Assembly (NCBI GenBank): GCA_964360785.1
Contig: CAYHXX010000003.1
Span: forward strand, 22,911 to 86,910
Direction: 5' to 3'
Origin: an uncultured Gammaproteobacteria bacterium
GTDB taxonomy: Bacteria > Patescibacteriota > Microgenomatia > Woykebacterales > RBG-16-39-9b
Length of the DNA stretch: 64,000 nucleotides
The translations under genes were made by a program, and so were the position numbers. The notes under the pieces were generated by a model. It did not search any database. It was given only the letters and a program-made list of their open reading frames with translations, and was not told the DNA's origin. This document shows, piece by piece, positions 45,730-54,864 of the stretch (within the stretch, counting starts at the first letter, position 1; the number at the start of each line of letters is the position of its first letter).

Positions 45730-46809
45730 TTAAAAAGTTCCAGTCGTAATGTGAGTTACGATATGACTATAACTCCCAGCCTCAGTGGTTGAGATTATGC
45801 TGGCTGAGTGACAAATTGTAGTCGTTTCGTCTACCGGACCACCGTGATCAGCGTACCTTTTAGCAGTACCAATAATTGGGCTGGCAATTTCTGAAATATC
45901 AGTGCCGTCTACTTCACAAGCACCATCCCAGACTAGAATATCTTGCGCACCAACGTTTGTGCTAGACGTTGAGGCACCATATTCTTCTGCAACACCCGTA
46001 TCAGTTACAGTGCCATCGCTAACATCGGAAATTGTTAGAGCGCCGGTTCTTAAGTCACCATCTTCTAGCATTGTTGAGGCGTACCCCGAAGCCGCGTTGG
46101 TGGCTACTTGGTTTGTATAAGAACAAGAATCAACAATAGTTGAAGTAATAGCTGGAGTAATTGTACAGGGGGCACCGGTTATTGTTGAAGTAATTGTTGG
46201 GTCTATAGTTGCTGAAACGGTAACTTGGTCAGTAGTTAATATTGGAACAGCGAAACTGCCAGTATCGCCGAAGGTTCCGCCGATCGAGATAGTTTTACTA
46301 AGATTTGTTCCGGGGTTTGTAATTTGGCTGTCACCTGTACCACCGGTAGGGCCGGCATTTGTACCAATTTCCACGGTTATAACTACACCAGCTGCTTCTG
46401 AAGTATAGCTACCACAAGCAGTTAAGGTTATTACGTCAGTGCCACTGATAGAAGTAAGTTCAATAGAGTCTGTAGCTCCACAGCCGGCAGCGGCAACAAT
46501 TGCCTCTTCGGTTGGACCAACCACTATGTCAAAATCTTTTGGATCGGCTGTTGATAGAGTAGTTGTATCAAAACCATCATCAAGGTCAATTGTTATCGTT
46601 TCGCCGGCCACAAATTGTGTAGTAGCCGTTTGATCAAAAGTTATCGTGTGATTCGAAGCTACAGAAATTGTTTGTCGGGTCATTGTATCCGACATTGCCG
46701 TCAAGTTACCAGCGCCAACGGATTTAGAAAAGAGCGGGTAAACTGCTGCAACAATTATGAGAGCAGTAAGTAAAATTCGGATAGCTTTATTTGATATAGC
46801 AGTAATCAT
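45730..46809 (-). CDS. Secreted Thr/Ser/Gly-rich protein with a WxL-like C-terminal motif (...AGSYSHIVTHITTGTF).
   Basis: Signal peptide MITAISNKAIRILLTALIIVAAVYPLFSKSVGA. The C-terminal 28 aa are conserved with 46855..47574 (TTICxxAxIxxTxAGxYxxIVTxxTTGxF). Confidence 0.45.
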   Translation of the reverse strand: MITAISNKAIRILLTALIIVAAVYPLFSKSVGAGNLTAMSDTMTRQTISVASNHTITFDQTATTQFVAGETITIDLDDGFDTTTLSTADPKDFDIVVGPTEEAIVAAAGCGATDSIELTSISGTDVITLTACGSYTSEAAGVVITVEIGTNAGPTGGTGDSQITNPGTNLSKTISIGGTFGDTGSFAVPILTTDQVTVSATIDPTITSTITGAPCTITPAITSTIVDSCSYTNQVATNAASGYASTMLEDGDLRTGALTISDVSDGTVTDTGVAEEYGASTSSTNVGAQDILVWDGACEVDGTDISEIASPIIGTAKRYADHGGPVDETTTICHSASIISTTEAGSYSHIVTHITTGTF

Positions 46810-46854
46810 CTATGTAGATTTATTATCTATTAGTAAAATTTTACTGTCAAGTAA

Positions 46855-47574
46855 TTAAAAAGCTCCGGTAGTTACGAAAGTCACTATTTGACGATAGGTT
46901 CCTGCTGCAGTCGAGCCAGCGATAGTCGCTGCGTAACAAATAGTCGTGCTTTCAGCTGTAAAAGTTGGACCGGTTGCGTTGGCAACTGACTGTGGAGTGG
47001 TGGTTAGACCAGAAGCTAAATGTGTACCTGAACCACAGGTAGAATCTTGAGTAATTTGTTGACCCGATTCCGAAGTTGCAATACCGTATTCTTCATCTGC
47101 TCCACCAGTTTCAACTTCACCGTCAGTCACATCCGCGATATCATTGGTAGCGTTACAGGGAAGGGGGATACGACAAAAGTTGCCATCTTCATAAACTCTT
47201 GATGTGTAACCCCCAACATTTGTAGTGACTGAAATTGTGTGACTAGTGGTATTAACAGCCGAAGTAGTCAGGGTATTGAGGTTAATGGTGTTCGCACTTA
47301 GAGTAACTATTACTTTAGGTACCTCAGCAATCACACACTGGAAGCCGCTACAGTTTCGGTAGTTACTTGAAATGCCGATCCCCGGAGCAAAGCCACCACC
47401 AGTATCAGTCAGGCGGTAGTTGTCTGAGGTTTTGGCCCCACCAAAGATTCCAAACTCACCCTCGAGTTTGTAGGTACCTGAACTAGAGGGAAAAGCCTCA
47501 ACAACTGATGTTAAACTGAGAAAACAGGTGAGTAGCAAAAGGTAGGTTAGAATATATTTGGCAGAGAGTTGCAT
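46855..47574 (-). CDS. Secreted protein, paralogue of 45730..46809, with a WxL-like C-terminus (...AGTYRQIVTFVTTGAF).
   Basis: Signal peptide MQLSAKYILTYLLLLTCFLSLTSVVEA. Shared C-terminal motif. Confidence 0.45.
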   Translation of the reverse strand: MQLSAKYILTYLLLLTCFLSLTSVVEAFPSSSGTYKLEGEFGIFGGAKTSDNYRLTDTGGGFAPGIGISSNYRNCSGFQCVIAEVPKVIVTLSANTINLNTLTTSAVNTTSHTISVTTNVGGYTSRVYEDGNFCRIPLPCNATNDIADVTDGEVETGGADEEYGIATSESGQQITQDSTCGSGTHLASGLTTTPQSVANATGPTFTAESTTICYAATIAGSTAAGTYRQIVTFVTTGAF

Positions 47575-47843
47575 CTATTACTATTCTATAAGTTAAAGAT
47601 AGAAACTTCAATTTTCCTAGTTACTTTTTAGAAAAGTAGCCAAAATTTGCGCCTGGCTGCGTGAGCTAAAGAAATTAAAGGCGCTCAAGCAAAACTGGTA
47701 AACTCGTCCCGATAAATCGAGACTCAAACAAACCAGTTTGTGCTAGGTCGCTTTGTTTAACTTCTTTTTGACGCTTACTCGCATGGCGCTGAAAATAAAC
47801 TTCGTTGATTAAAATGAGCTACTTTAGTAGAATCAACGCAATT

Positions 47844-50402
47844 ATGTCCAGATACAATCCTAAAGAAATCGAATCCAGGTGGCAGAAGAAGTGGCAGACT
47901 GACAAGACATTGGTGCCTGATTTGCAGAATGCGAAAAAGCCGTTTTACAATCTGATGATGTTTCCTTACCCATCTGGAGAAGGATTACACGTTGGTCATG
48001 TCTACGCTTTTGGAGGTGCGGATACGTTTGGACACTTCAAAAAGATGCAAGGCTGGGACGTTTTTGAGCCAATGGGTTTTGATAGTTTTGGAATTCACTC
48101 GGAAAACTACGCTATTAAAATTGGCAAACACCCCAAGGACTTGATCGAGCAAACCACAAAATATTTCAAAGAAGAACAATTGCAAAAACTGGGGACGCTG
48201 TTTGATTGGGATCACGCGGTGACCACTTCTGATCCAGATTATTACCGTTGGACACAGTGGCTCTTTGTCCAACTTTTTAAATCTGGGCTGGCAGTACGCA
48301 AAAAAGCGCCAGTGGAGTGGTGTCCTTCTTGCAAAACTGTCCTCGCCAACGAGCAAGTTATCAACGGTCATTGTGAACGTTGTAATAGCGAAGTCGAGCA
48401 AAAAGAGCTCGAGCAGTGGTTTTTCAAGATCACTGAGTATGCCCAAAGACTGCTTAATAACCTTGAAAAGATTGATTGGTCAGAAACTACCAAGACCATG
48501 CAGCGAAACTGGATCGGCCGTTCCACTGGCTGCGAGATAGACTTTCCGATCAAAAATTCAAAAGAATCACTGCGGGTTTTTACAACCCGGCCGGACACAA
48601 TTTTTGGCGCTACCTTCATGGTAGTTGCCCCAGAGCATCCTTTGGTTAAGAACCTAGATTCGAAAGAGATTAAAGATTATGTTGAAGAAGCAAAGTCCAA
48701 GTCAGCTGTTGACCGAGAAAAAGAAAAATCAGGCATCTTCTCCGGGATTTATGTATTAAACCCGCTCACAAAAAAGGAAATCCCAGTCTGGATCGCTGAT
48801 TATGTATTGATGGGTTATGGTACGGGTGCAATTATGGCTGTACCAGCCCATGACCAGCGTGACTGGGAGCTTGCTAAAAAGTATGATCTACCGATTATTG
48901 AGGTTATTAGCGGCGGTGAGGTTAAAGAAAGAGCTTGGGATGGGGAAGGGAAACTACTTAACTCTGGAAAATTTAATGGACAAAGTGTTGAAGAGGCAAA
49001 GGAGAACATATCAAAACATATCGAAGAAAAACAACATGGATCAACTAAAGTAAATTTCCACTTGCGTGATTGGTTGATTTCTAGGCAACGTTACTGGGGT
49101 CCGCCGATACCAATGATCTATTGTGAAAACTGTGCCAAAGCAGGCAAGAGTTGGTTTAGTACAGCTGAAGCTGAAGAAAGATCGAGAGATCTAAGATCTA
49201 AGATCAAAGAGAAGCCGGGTTTAGAGTACAAAAATCTTACATCTGATATCTTACATCTTAAATCTGAAATGCCTGGCTGGTATCCAGTTGCCGAGGAGGA
49301 CTTACCGGTTGAATTGCCAGAGATTAACGACTACCAACCCAAAGGAACTGGTGTCAGTCCGCTAGAAAGTGTGCCAGGCTTTTTAAGCGTAAATTGTCCT
49401 GAGTGCGGGCAAAAAGCAAAAAGAGAAACCGATGTTTCTGACACTTTCTTGGACTCGTCTTGGTATTTCTTACGCTATCTTTCAGTAGGCGCTGAAACTT
49501 CAAAGATAAGACTTGGAGGTAAAGAAATTGAGCTTCCTTGGAGTACCGATTTGAACCAGAAATGGTTGCCAGTTGATAGCTATATCGGTGGGAATGAACA
49601 TGCAGTATTACATTTACTTTACACCAGATTTGTGACCATGGCCTTGCATGACATGGGTTTAATAGCATTCGAAGAACCATTTAAGAAATTCCGTGCCCAC
49701 GGTTTGATTATCTATCAAGGTGCGAAAATGAGTAAGTCTCGAGGAAACGTGGTGAATCCAAATGAGTACATGGAAGCTTATGGAGTTGATGCCTTGCGTA
49801 TTTACTTACTTTTCATCGGTCCTTATGAAATCGGAGGAGAGTTCAATGACCGGGCGATTACTGGGGTTAACCGTTTCCTTAATCGAATTCACACGTTAAT
49901 TTCAGAGTTTAAAGAAGGTAATAGCAAACCGAGCAATAATTTACTTCTTAAACTCAATAGTCTAAATGAAAAAGTCGCAGGCGATCTTGAAAATCTGAGA
50001 TTCAATACGGCCATTGCCGCGTTGATGGAGTACCTGAACGAACTTTACAAAGAACGCTCAAACCTGTCGCGGGAAATTCTCAAAACCTATTTGTTTCTGC
50101 TAGCTCCTTTAGCTCCTTTTTTATCAGAGGAATTGTGGGAGGTACTTGGTCAGGAGGGTTCAGTCCACAATCAGACTTGGCCAGAGATGATTACTGTCGA
50201 AAAACAAGAGGAAAACATAGCGATTGTAATTCAGGTGAACGGTGTCTTTCGTGACAAGATCGAGGTCAAGAAAGGTAGTTCTGAAGAGCAGGTGGTAGAG
50301 TTGTCCTTGAAGTCAGTAAAGATTAAAAACTACACTGAAGGTAAGAAAGTTGAAAAAACAATTTGGGTTCCAGAAAAGCTGCTTAACTTTGTGGTCAAAT
50401 AG
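47844..50402 (+). CDS. leuS: Leucyl-tRNA synthetase.
   Basis: HIGH motif PYPSGEGLHVGHVYAFG. KMSKS motif GAKMSKSRGNVV. Bacterial LeuRS N-terminus MSRYNPKEIESRWQKKW (ATG 47844 preferred over the track's 47805). Confidence 0.9.
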   Translation: MSRYNPKEIESRWQKKWQTDKTLVPDLQNAKKPFYNLMMFPYPSGEGLHVGHVYAFGGADTFGHFKKMQGWDVFEPMGFDSFGIHSENYAIKIGKHPKDLIEQTTKYFKEEQLQKLGTLFDWDHAVTTSDPDYYRWTQWLFVQLFKSGLAVRKKAPVEWCPSCKTVLANEQVINGHCERCNSEVEQKELEQWFFKITEYAQRLLNNLEKIDWSETTKTMQRNWIGRSTGCEIDFPIKNSKESLRVFTTRPDTIFGATFMVVAPEHPLVKNLDSKEIKDYVEEAKSKSAVDREKEKSGIFSGIYVLNPLTKKEIPVWIADYVLMGYGTGAIMAVPAHDQRDWELAKKYDLPIIEVISGGEVKERAWDGEGKLLNSGKFNGQSVEEAKENISKHIEEKQHGSTKVNFHLRDWLISRQRYWGPPIPMIYCENCAKAGKSWFSTAEAEERSRDLRSKIKEKPGLEYKNLTSDILHLKSEMPGWYPVAEEDLPVELPEINDYQPKGTGVSPLESVPGFLSVNCPECGQKAKRETDVSDTFLDSSWYFLRYLSVGAETSKIRLGGKEIELPWSTDLNQKWLPVDSYIGGNEHAVLHLLYTRFVTMALHDMGLIAFEEPFKKFRAHGLIIYQGAKMSKSRGNVVNPNEYMEAYGVDALRIYLLFIGPYEIGGEFNDRAITGVNRFLNRIHTLISEFKEGNSKPSNNLLLKLNSLNEKVAGDLENLRFNTAIAALMEYLNELYKERSNLSREILKTYLFLLAPLAPFLSEELWEVLGQEGSVHNQTWPEMITVEKQEENIAIVIQVNGVFRDKIEVKKGSSEEQVVELSLKSVKIKNYTEGKKVEKTIWVPEKLLNFVVK

Positions 50403-50404
50403 CT

Positions 50405-50860
50405 ATGAGTAGTGTTGTCCGAGATGACAATTGGCTCCTTTCCCGATTAGATCATCTTTGGTCAAACCATTTTCCTGATGTAGATCAAAAGAATAAGGTT
50501 TTCATAAAGTTTGGTCGGGTAGCCAAGTATCGCTTTGGTTCAATCCGGTTGGATCCAAAGAAAGACGCTTCGTTAATTCTGATAAACGGTATGTTTAAAG
50601 ATGACAAGGTGCCTGCCGAAGTTGTTGATCATACTATTGCCCACGAGCTTGTACACTACACCCATGGTTTTTCGTCTCCTCACAAAAAACAGCACTCACA
50701 CCCACATAAAGGTGGTGTTATTGATAAGGAGATGTTGACACGAGGCTTGGCAGATTTAATAAAATCGTATAAATCCTGGCTCAAAGTTTATCGAAAGAAT
50801 CTTAAACCAGTCGTAAGGAAAAGAAGAGTCAGACGAATAATAAAAATCCGTTGGATTTAG
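50405..50860 (+). CDS. Small HExxH zinc-metallohydrolase-like protein (DUF45/SprT-like).
   Basis: VDHTIAHELVHYTHGF motif. 151 aa, basic C-terminus. Confidence 0.45.
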   Translation: MSSVVRDDNWLLSRLDHLWSNHFPDVDQKNKVFIKFGRVAKYRFGSIRLDPKKDASLILINGMFKDDKVPAEVVDHTIAHELVHYTHGFSSPHKKQHSHPHKGGVIDKEMLTRGLADLIKSYKSWLKVYRKNLKPVVRKRRVRRIIKIRWI

Positions 50861-50861
50861 C

Positions 50862-50882
50862 CTGCAAGGCCCGTCCTTGCAG
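50862..50882. repeat. REP-like palindrome CTGCAAGG-CCCGT-CCTTGCAG between convergent genes.
   Basis: Perfect 8-bp stem. Located between the stop of 50405..50860 (+) and the stop of the giant gene 50888..54199 (-). Confidence 0.7.
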
Positions 50883-50887
50883 AGCAA

Positions 50888-53800
50888 TTACTCTTGGTTG
50901 ACGATTAGCCAGTTGAACTCGACTTTTTTGCTGCTTATGTTTCCCGGGAAGCGTTTGATGCCGACGACAAAACTTTTTCCGGCTATTTTGGACTTAATGT
51001 AAAGCACACCGTCTGGTTCAGAATCTGGAGTCAGGTTAATTAATGAATCTTCCTTAACTTTATCACTTTGTATAAGCACCTCATTTTGATCTGCTACGAG
51101 CTCACCAGTCCCCGCGCTTTGAGAACCTTTTTTAACTGCAATCTCTCCAAAAACAAGCTTCTGGAAGCTGGCAAAAACCGCTGTCACTTTGCTAAATATT
51201 GCCTCGCCAGATTTAGAAATAAAGGCACTCAGATAACTTGTTTCTGAATCTAAGTTTTGGGTAGGTGCTTCTCTAAGATTTACGTAAAAACTGTTGTCAA
51301 CAAAGACCAAGATTTTCCCTATCCCTAAAGCGCTGTAAGAGCCCAAGGCCTTCCCAATAGTCGGTCCGGTAGATGTAGCTTTCATCGCTACTCCCGGGAT
51401 TGAAGAAGATGTCAAATAATCGCCAGGTTTAATTGGTCCTTTTTCAGTAGAAACCTTTACCGGTACACGTCCGATTAAGGCAATTGGTTTGGGATTATTC
51501 AGGTAAGGTTTAGCGGTTTCACCCAATATTTCTCCACTTGGGTTTGTGGACACTATTCCAAGTAATGTATTTTGGTAGGAAGTAGAGGATTTAACTACGT
51601 GGGCAATAGAAGTTTTACCACCGTAATAATGGGTCTCGTAAGCTTCACCGTCGAGTACAACGAGAGTGCCTTCGTCTGAATCATCATTAACACCGTAGTA
51701 CTCAGCTAAATCGGCTTGTGTTCCACCACAATCTCCAATTTGCTGAACCCCTGTCGCAGCATCAGCGCCGTTGTGGCAGAGGCGCTGGGCAGTACCACCG
51801 ACTTGAGCAGAAAGATTAATAGAGGTTGTAGTTGTATTTGATTGAATCAAAACCGTACCAGCCCCATCGTCAATTGTTGCTTGGGCTGCTGTAGCGCCGT
51901 TGCTTCGATAAAGCCTTAGGTTTTGGGTCGTGGTCGCGTCATTACCCCATTGGATTCCTCCTGAGACCGTCGTTGAAGAATGGGTTCCATCAAGGCAATC
52001 AAAACAAAGCCCAATGTTTTTTGTACCACCTGCAGTGATATTATCGATATGAACCCCGTATGCATTAGTGATAACATCAGCGGCACCTTTGGTTAAATCA
52101 GCAGCTAGGATTGCGACACCATCCTGAAGAGTGATCGCTCCGGCAGTCGAATCATCAACCTTTACTGTACCTGATATTCCGTATGCCGCACCTGTTGGGG
52201 AGTTGATGTTTACTGTTGGTAATGAGTAAATACCTACACAACCTCCGAAGGATACAATCGGACAGGTTGCAAAGCTGTTGTTGACATTACCAATGGCTTG
52301 GAAGACGCTTTGTCCAGCTGTGTAAATTAAAGTACCACTACCGGCAGCGGCGTTGCCAATAAGTTTTATAAAGCCATTCGTGTCGTTTTCCACCTTTTCC
52401 CCATTGGTAAAAGTAATGTCCCCACCAGCGCCAGTGAAGGTGAGACCGGTAGTTCCACCAACGACAAAGTTATCATCGGTCTTCAGGGTATCGGCAGCAG
52501 ATCGGTAAAGGTTAGCATCGCCCCCAAGAGTTAAGGTAGCAGCTAAATTTAAACCACCACCAGCAGTAAAATCTGTTCCAGCGTTTCCAATATTCAAAGC
52601 GAGGTTAGTATTAAAATCAACATTTCCAGCCATAGTTCCACCTGACAAAAGTAAGTAGTTGGAGACGGTTATTGTGTTTGGTATATCTGCATCCAGTAAT
52701 CCAGTTACTCCAGCTACGGTTACACTTCCAATAAGCGTACCACCACCGAGTGGGAGATAGTTGGAAGCTGTAATGTTGTCAGCGACATTAGCATCGCCCA
52801 AACTTCCAGTAATCGAACTAAATAACCCAAGAGCTAAAATCACACTACCATTCCCAAGTGTTCCCGAATTTATCGCGGTTGCATCAATACTGCTTGTACT
52901 GGCAATTGTAATTGTGTTGGGAATGTCCCCATCTGCTAAACCGGTAACACCAGCTACAGTCAGAGACCCGCTTAAAATACCACCGGATAACGGTAGATAA
53001 TTTGAGGCAGTAATGGTATCGGCAATGTTGGCATCCCCAAGAATTCCAGTGATTGATCCAAAAATTCCTAATGCCAGAGTGACCCCACCGTTTCCTAAAG
53101 TCCCAGAAGTAATGTTAGTCGCATCTATACTGGTTAAGTTAATCCCTGAAAGAGCAGGTAGCTGAGCTGATCCATTAAGTTGAACTAGTTGGTTTGCACC
53201 ATTAAATACATTTCCCTGTTGAGTAACTGAGGTATCAATATTCAAAGTAACCAAACCAGAAGATCCGCCGCCAGAAAGTCCAGTACCGGCGACAACTGCG
53301 GTGATTGTTCCACTGCCCGAACTTGAAGCAGTTGCGGAGATTGTGATTGCATTGGTCAGCGTGTTCTTCTTGAGGATAATATTACTTCCGGCAATTAGGT
53401 CAATTGAGCCGGCTAAGTCGGGTTTATCCTTAATATACTCCCAGCCAATCTCTGCCTTTATCTCACCCGGAATTTCTAAATTACCATCGTTGTTTAGAGT
53501 AACAAAACTGTTCTCCTTATTATTAATTTGATACCCATTGATAGACTTTGTTGTAATCGAATCAACATCAATTTTATTGGTAAAAGTTAATTTGTCCCCG
53601 TCTTTTTGGATATAGTCAGAGATGTTAGTTAGTCCGAGTGGATCAAGAGCGTCGCTTGTTTTAATCACCTTAAGTATTCCCAGGTTAAGGTATGAGAGTG
53701 GGGAGACAATTGCTTTCGCAACTCTCACAAAACCATTCTCATTTTTTGTACTTGTTCCGAGGACTTTTTGATTAGTTTGAACTTGATTAGCAAAAAGAGA

Positions 53801-54199
53801 AGTTAGTAACAGAATTGCTACCAAGACAGTTAAACCAATCACAACTCTCGGTATAAAGTTTGATTTCTGTTCTGGGATTAGAGTAATTTCTCCCTCTGTA
53901 TTTTGTGCTCGTTTAACTTTGATTTTAGGCTGGTTTTGTAACAACACTTTTTGCTCAGCGATGCTTTTGCCCTTGGCACGTTTCTTCTCGATAGCAACTA
54001 TCTGCTCGACAACTTCGAGTTTAAAAGCTGCGCTTGGAGGTTCATTGTTGAAAGACTTACGCTTAGCGTGGGGAAGTAGGCCGAACTTAATATAGTAGCG
54101 GATTCGGTTTTCTGGGTTCGAATCGCCAAAATTAACACCCCTGGCTTGGGCCAATTTTATTATTTTTGATATCGGATAAAGATCGTTGTTAGTTCTCAT
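50888..54199 (-). CDS. Large surface protein (1,103 aa): N-terminal MerR-like HTH, TM helix, tail-fibre-like Gly/Thr/Asn beta-repeats, and the conserved C-terminal module ending FNWLIVNQE.
   Basis: N-terminal ISKIIKLAQARGVNFGDSNPENRIRYYIKFGLLPHAKRKSFN...IVAIEKKRAKGKSIAEQ (MerR-like). TM IGLTVLVAILLLTSLF. Repeats GTLGNGGVTLALGIFGSITG...ITASNYLPLSGG. A block shared with 34662..42194. Confidence 0.75.
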   Translation of the reverse strand: MRTNNDLYPISKIIKLAQARGVNFGDSNPENRIRYYIKFGLLPHAKRKSFNNEPPSAAFKLEVVEQIVAIEKKRAKGKSIAEQKVLLQNQPKIKVKRAQNTEGEITLIPEQKSNFIPRVVIGLTVLVAILLLTSLFANQVQTNQKVLGTSTKNENGFVRVAKAIVSPLSYLNLGILKVIKTSDALDPLGLTNISDYIQKDGDKLTFTNKIDVDSITTKSINGYQINNKENSFVTLNNDGNLEIPGEIKAEIGWEYIKDKPDLAGSIDLIAGSNIILKKNTLTNAITISATASSSGSGTITAVVAGTGLSGGGSSGLVTLNIDTSVTQQGNVFNGANQLVQLNGSAQLPALSGINLTSIDATNITSGTLGNGGVTLALGIFGSITGILGDANIADTITASNYLPLSGGILSGSLTVAGVTGLADGDIPNTITIASTSSIDATAINSGTLGNGSVILALGLFSSITGSLGDANVADNITASNYLPLGGGTLIGSVTVAGVTGLLDADIPNTITVSNYLLLSGGTMAGNVDFNTNLALNIGNAGTDFTAGGGLNLAATLTLGGDANLYRSAADTLKTDDNFVVGGTTGLTFTGAGGDITFTNGEKVENDTNGFIKLIGNAAAGSGTLIYTAGQSVFQAIGNVNNSFATCPIVSFGGCVGIYSLPTVNINSPTGAAYGISGTVKVDDSTAGAITLQDGVAILAADLTKGAADVITNAYGVHIDNITAGGTKNIGLCFDCLDGTHSSTTVSGGIQWGNDATTTQNLRLYRSNGATAAQATIDDGAGTVLIQSNTTTTSINLSAQVGGTAQRLCHNGADAATGVQQIGDCGGTQADLAEYYGVNDDSDEGTLVVLDGEAYETHYYGGKTSIAHVVKSSTSYQNTLLGIVSTNPSGEILGETAKPYLNNPKPIALIGRVPVKVSTEKGPIKPGDYLTSSSIPGVAMKATSTGPTIGKALGSYSALGIGKILVFVDNSFYVNLREAPTQNLDSETSYLSAFISKSGEAIFSKVTAVFASFQKLVFGEIAVKKGSQSAGTGELVADQNEVLIQSDKVKEDSLINLTPDSEPDGVLYIKSKIAGKSFVVGIKRFPGNISSKKVEFNWLIVNQE
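52560..53110. repeat. Intragenic tandem repeats of about 240 bp (an 80-aa unit, ...GTLGNG.V.LALG.F.SITG.LGDAN.AD.ITASNYLPL.GG...) in the 50888..54199 gene. They are shared with 56340-56600 of the 54865..57819 gene.
   Basis: Two or more adjacent near-identical nucleotide units, with a paralogous block in the neighbouring giant gene. Confidence 0.65.
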
Positions 54200-54424
54200 T
54201 GGGCAGAATTTGAACTAAAGGTTATTTTTGAAGAACTTAATTACTCTTATTTTATCTCGCGACAAGTAGACTAGTCAAATAATAATGAATGTCCATTTGA
54301 GCCTGCTGCGAGAAAAATTGAAGGTAGCCTGAAGATTAATAAAGATCAAATTAAGCATAAATTTAGCCTTGTTTTCGATTTTTAAAAACAGATTTCCACT
54401 GCAAGTTTAAAATAACTTTACCAC

Positions 54425-54455
54425 TTGATTTAGTATTACCAAAAAGTGTTATCAT
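54425..54455 (+). promoter_or_regulatory. Candidate promoter TTGATT-19-TGtTATCAT with SD GGAG for the HTH gene at 54480.
   Basis: Extended -10. GGAG lies 9 nt before the ATG. Confidence 0.3.
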
Positions 54456-54479
54456 TTAGTTAGCTTGGAGTAGTAAACG

Positions 54480-54854
54480 ATGAAAGTAAAACTAGACCTA
54501 GATAATCGAAGGGAAATATTAAGAAGAATCGAGGAAGGCGAGTCAATTTACTCTTTAGCCAAGGAGTACAAAGTTTCACGGGTTTTAATTTACCGGCTAA
54601 GGAAAAAAGCAAGGGTCTCGCTGAACTTAATTGCTCCAGGAGCAAGGAAACCGCGCAAACAGAAAATTCCGATTGAAGTTGAAGCAGCAATAATCAACCT
54701 AATTCTTAGTTACCCAGAGCTTTCAAGCCATAAGATAGCTCAGCTGATCAAAGGAAATCTGCCTCTAGGAGCTCATGGAGTCTACAATTTGATGAAGCGG
54801 TACAAGTTAAATAGATACGACGCACGGGCAAAAGCGGCAGAGAAGTTGTTTTGA
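54480..54854 (+). CDS. Small stand-alone HTH protein resembling a transposase N-terminal DNA-binding domain (IS630/Tc1-like).
   Basis: RREILRRIEEGESIYSLAKEYKVSRVLIYRLRKK (HTH) plus ...ELSSHKIAQLI (second HTH-like). There is no catalytic domain downstream. Confidence 0.4.
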   Translation: MKVKLDLDNRREILRRIEEGESIYSLAKEYKVSRVLIYRLRKKARVSLNLIAPGARKPRKQKIPIEVEAAIINLILSYPELSSHKIAQLIKGNLPLGAHGVYNLMKRYKLNRYDARAKAAEKLF

Positions 54855-54864
54855 AACAGGACAA

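Noticed and set aside
47575-47843. A 270-nt intergenic region upstream of leuS, examined for a T-box leader or terminator/antiterminator.
   Set aside because: No T-box consensus (AATTAGGGTGGTACCGCG-like) and no convincing specifier or terminator pairing was found. It contains only weak A/T-rich stems, so it is probably just divergent promoter space.
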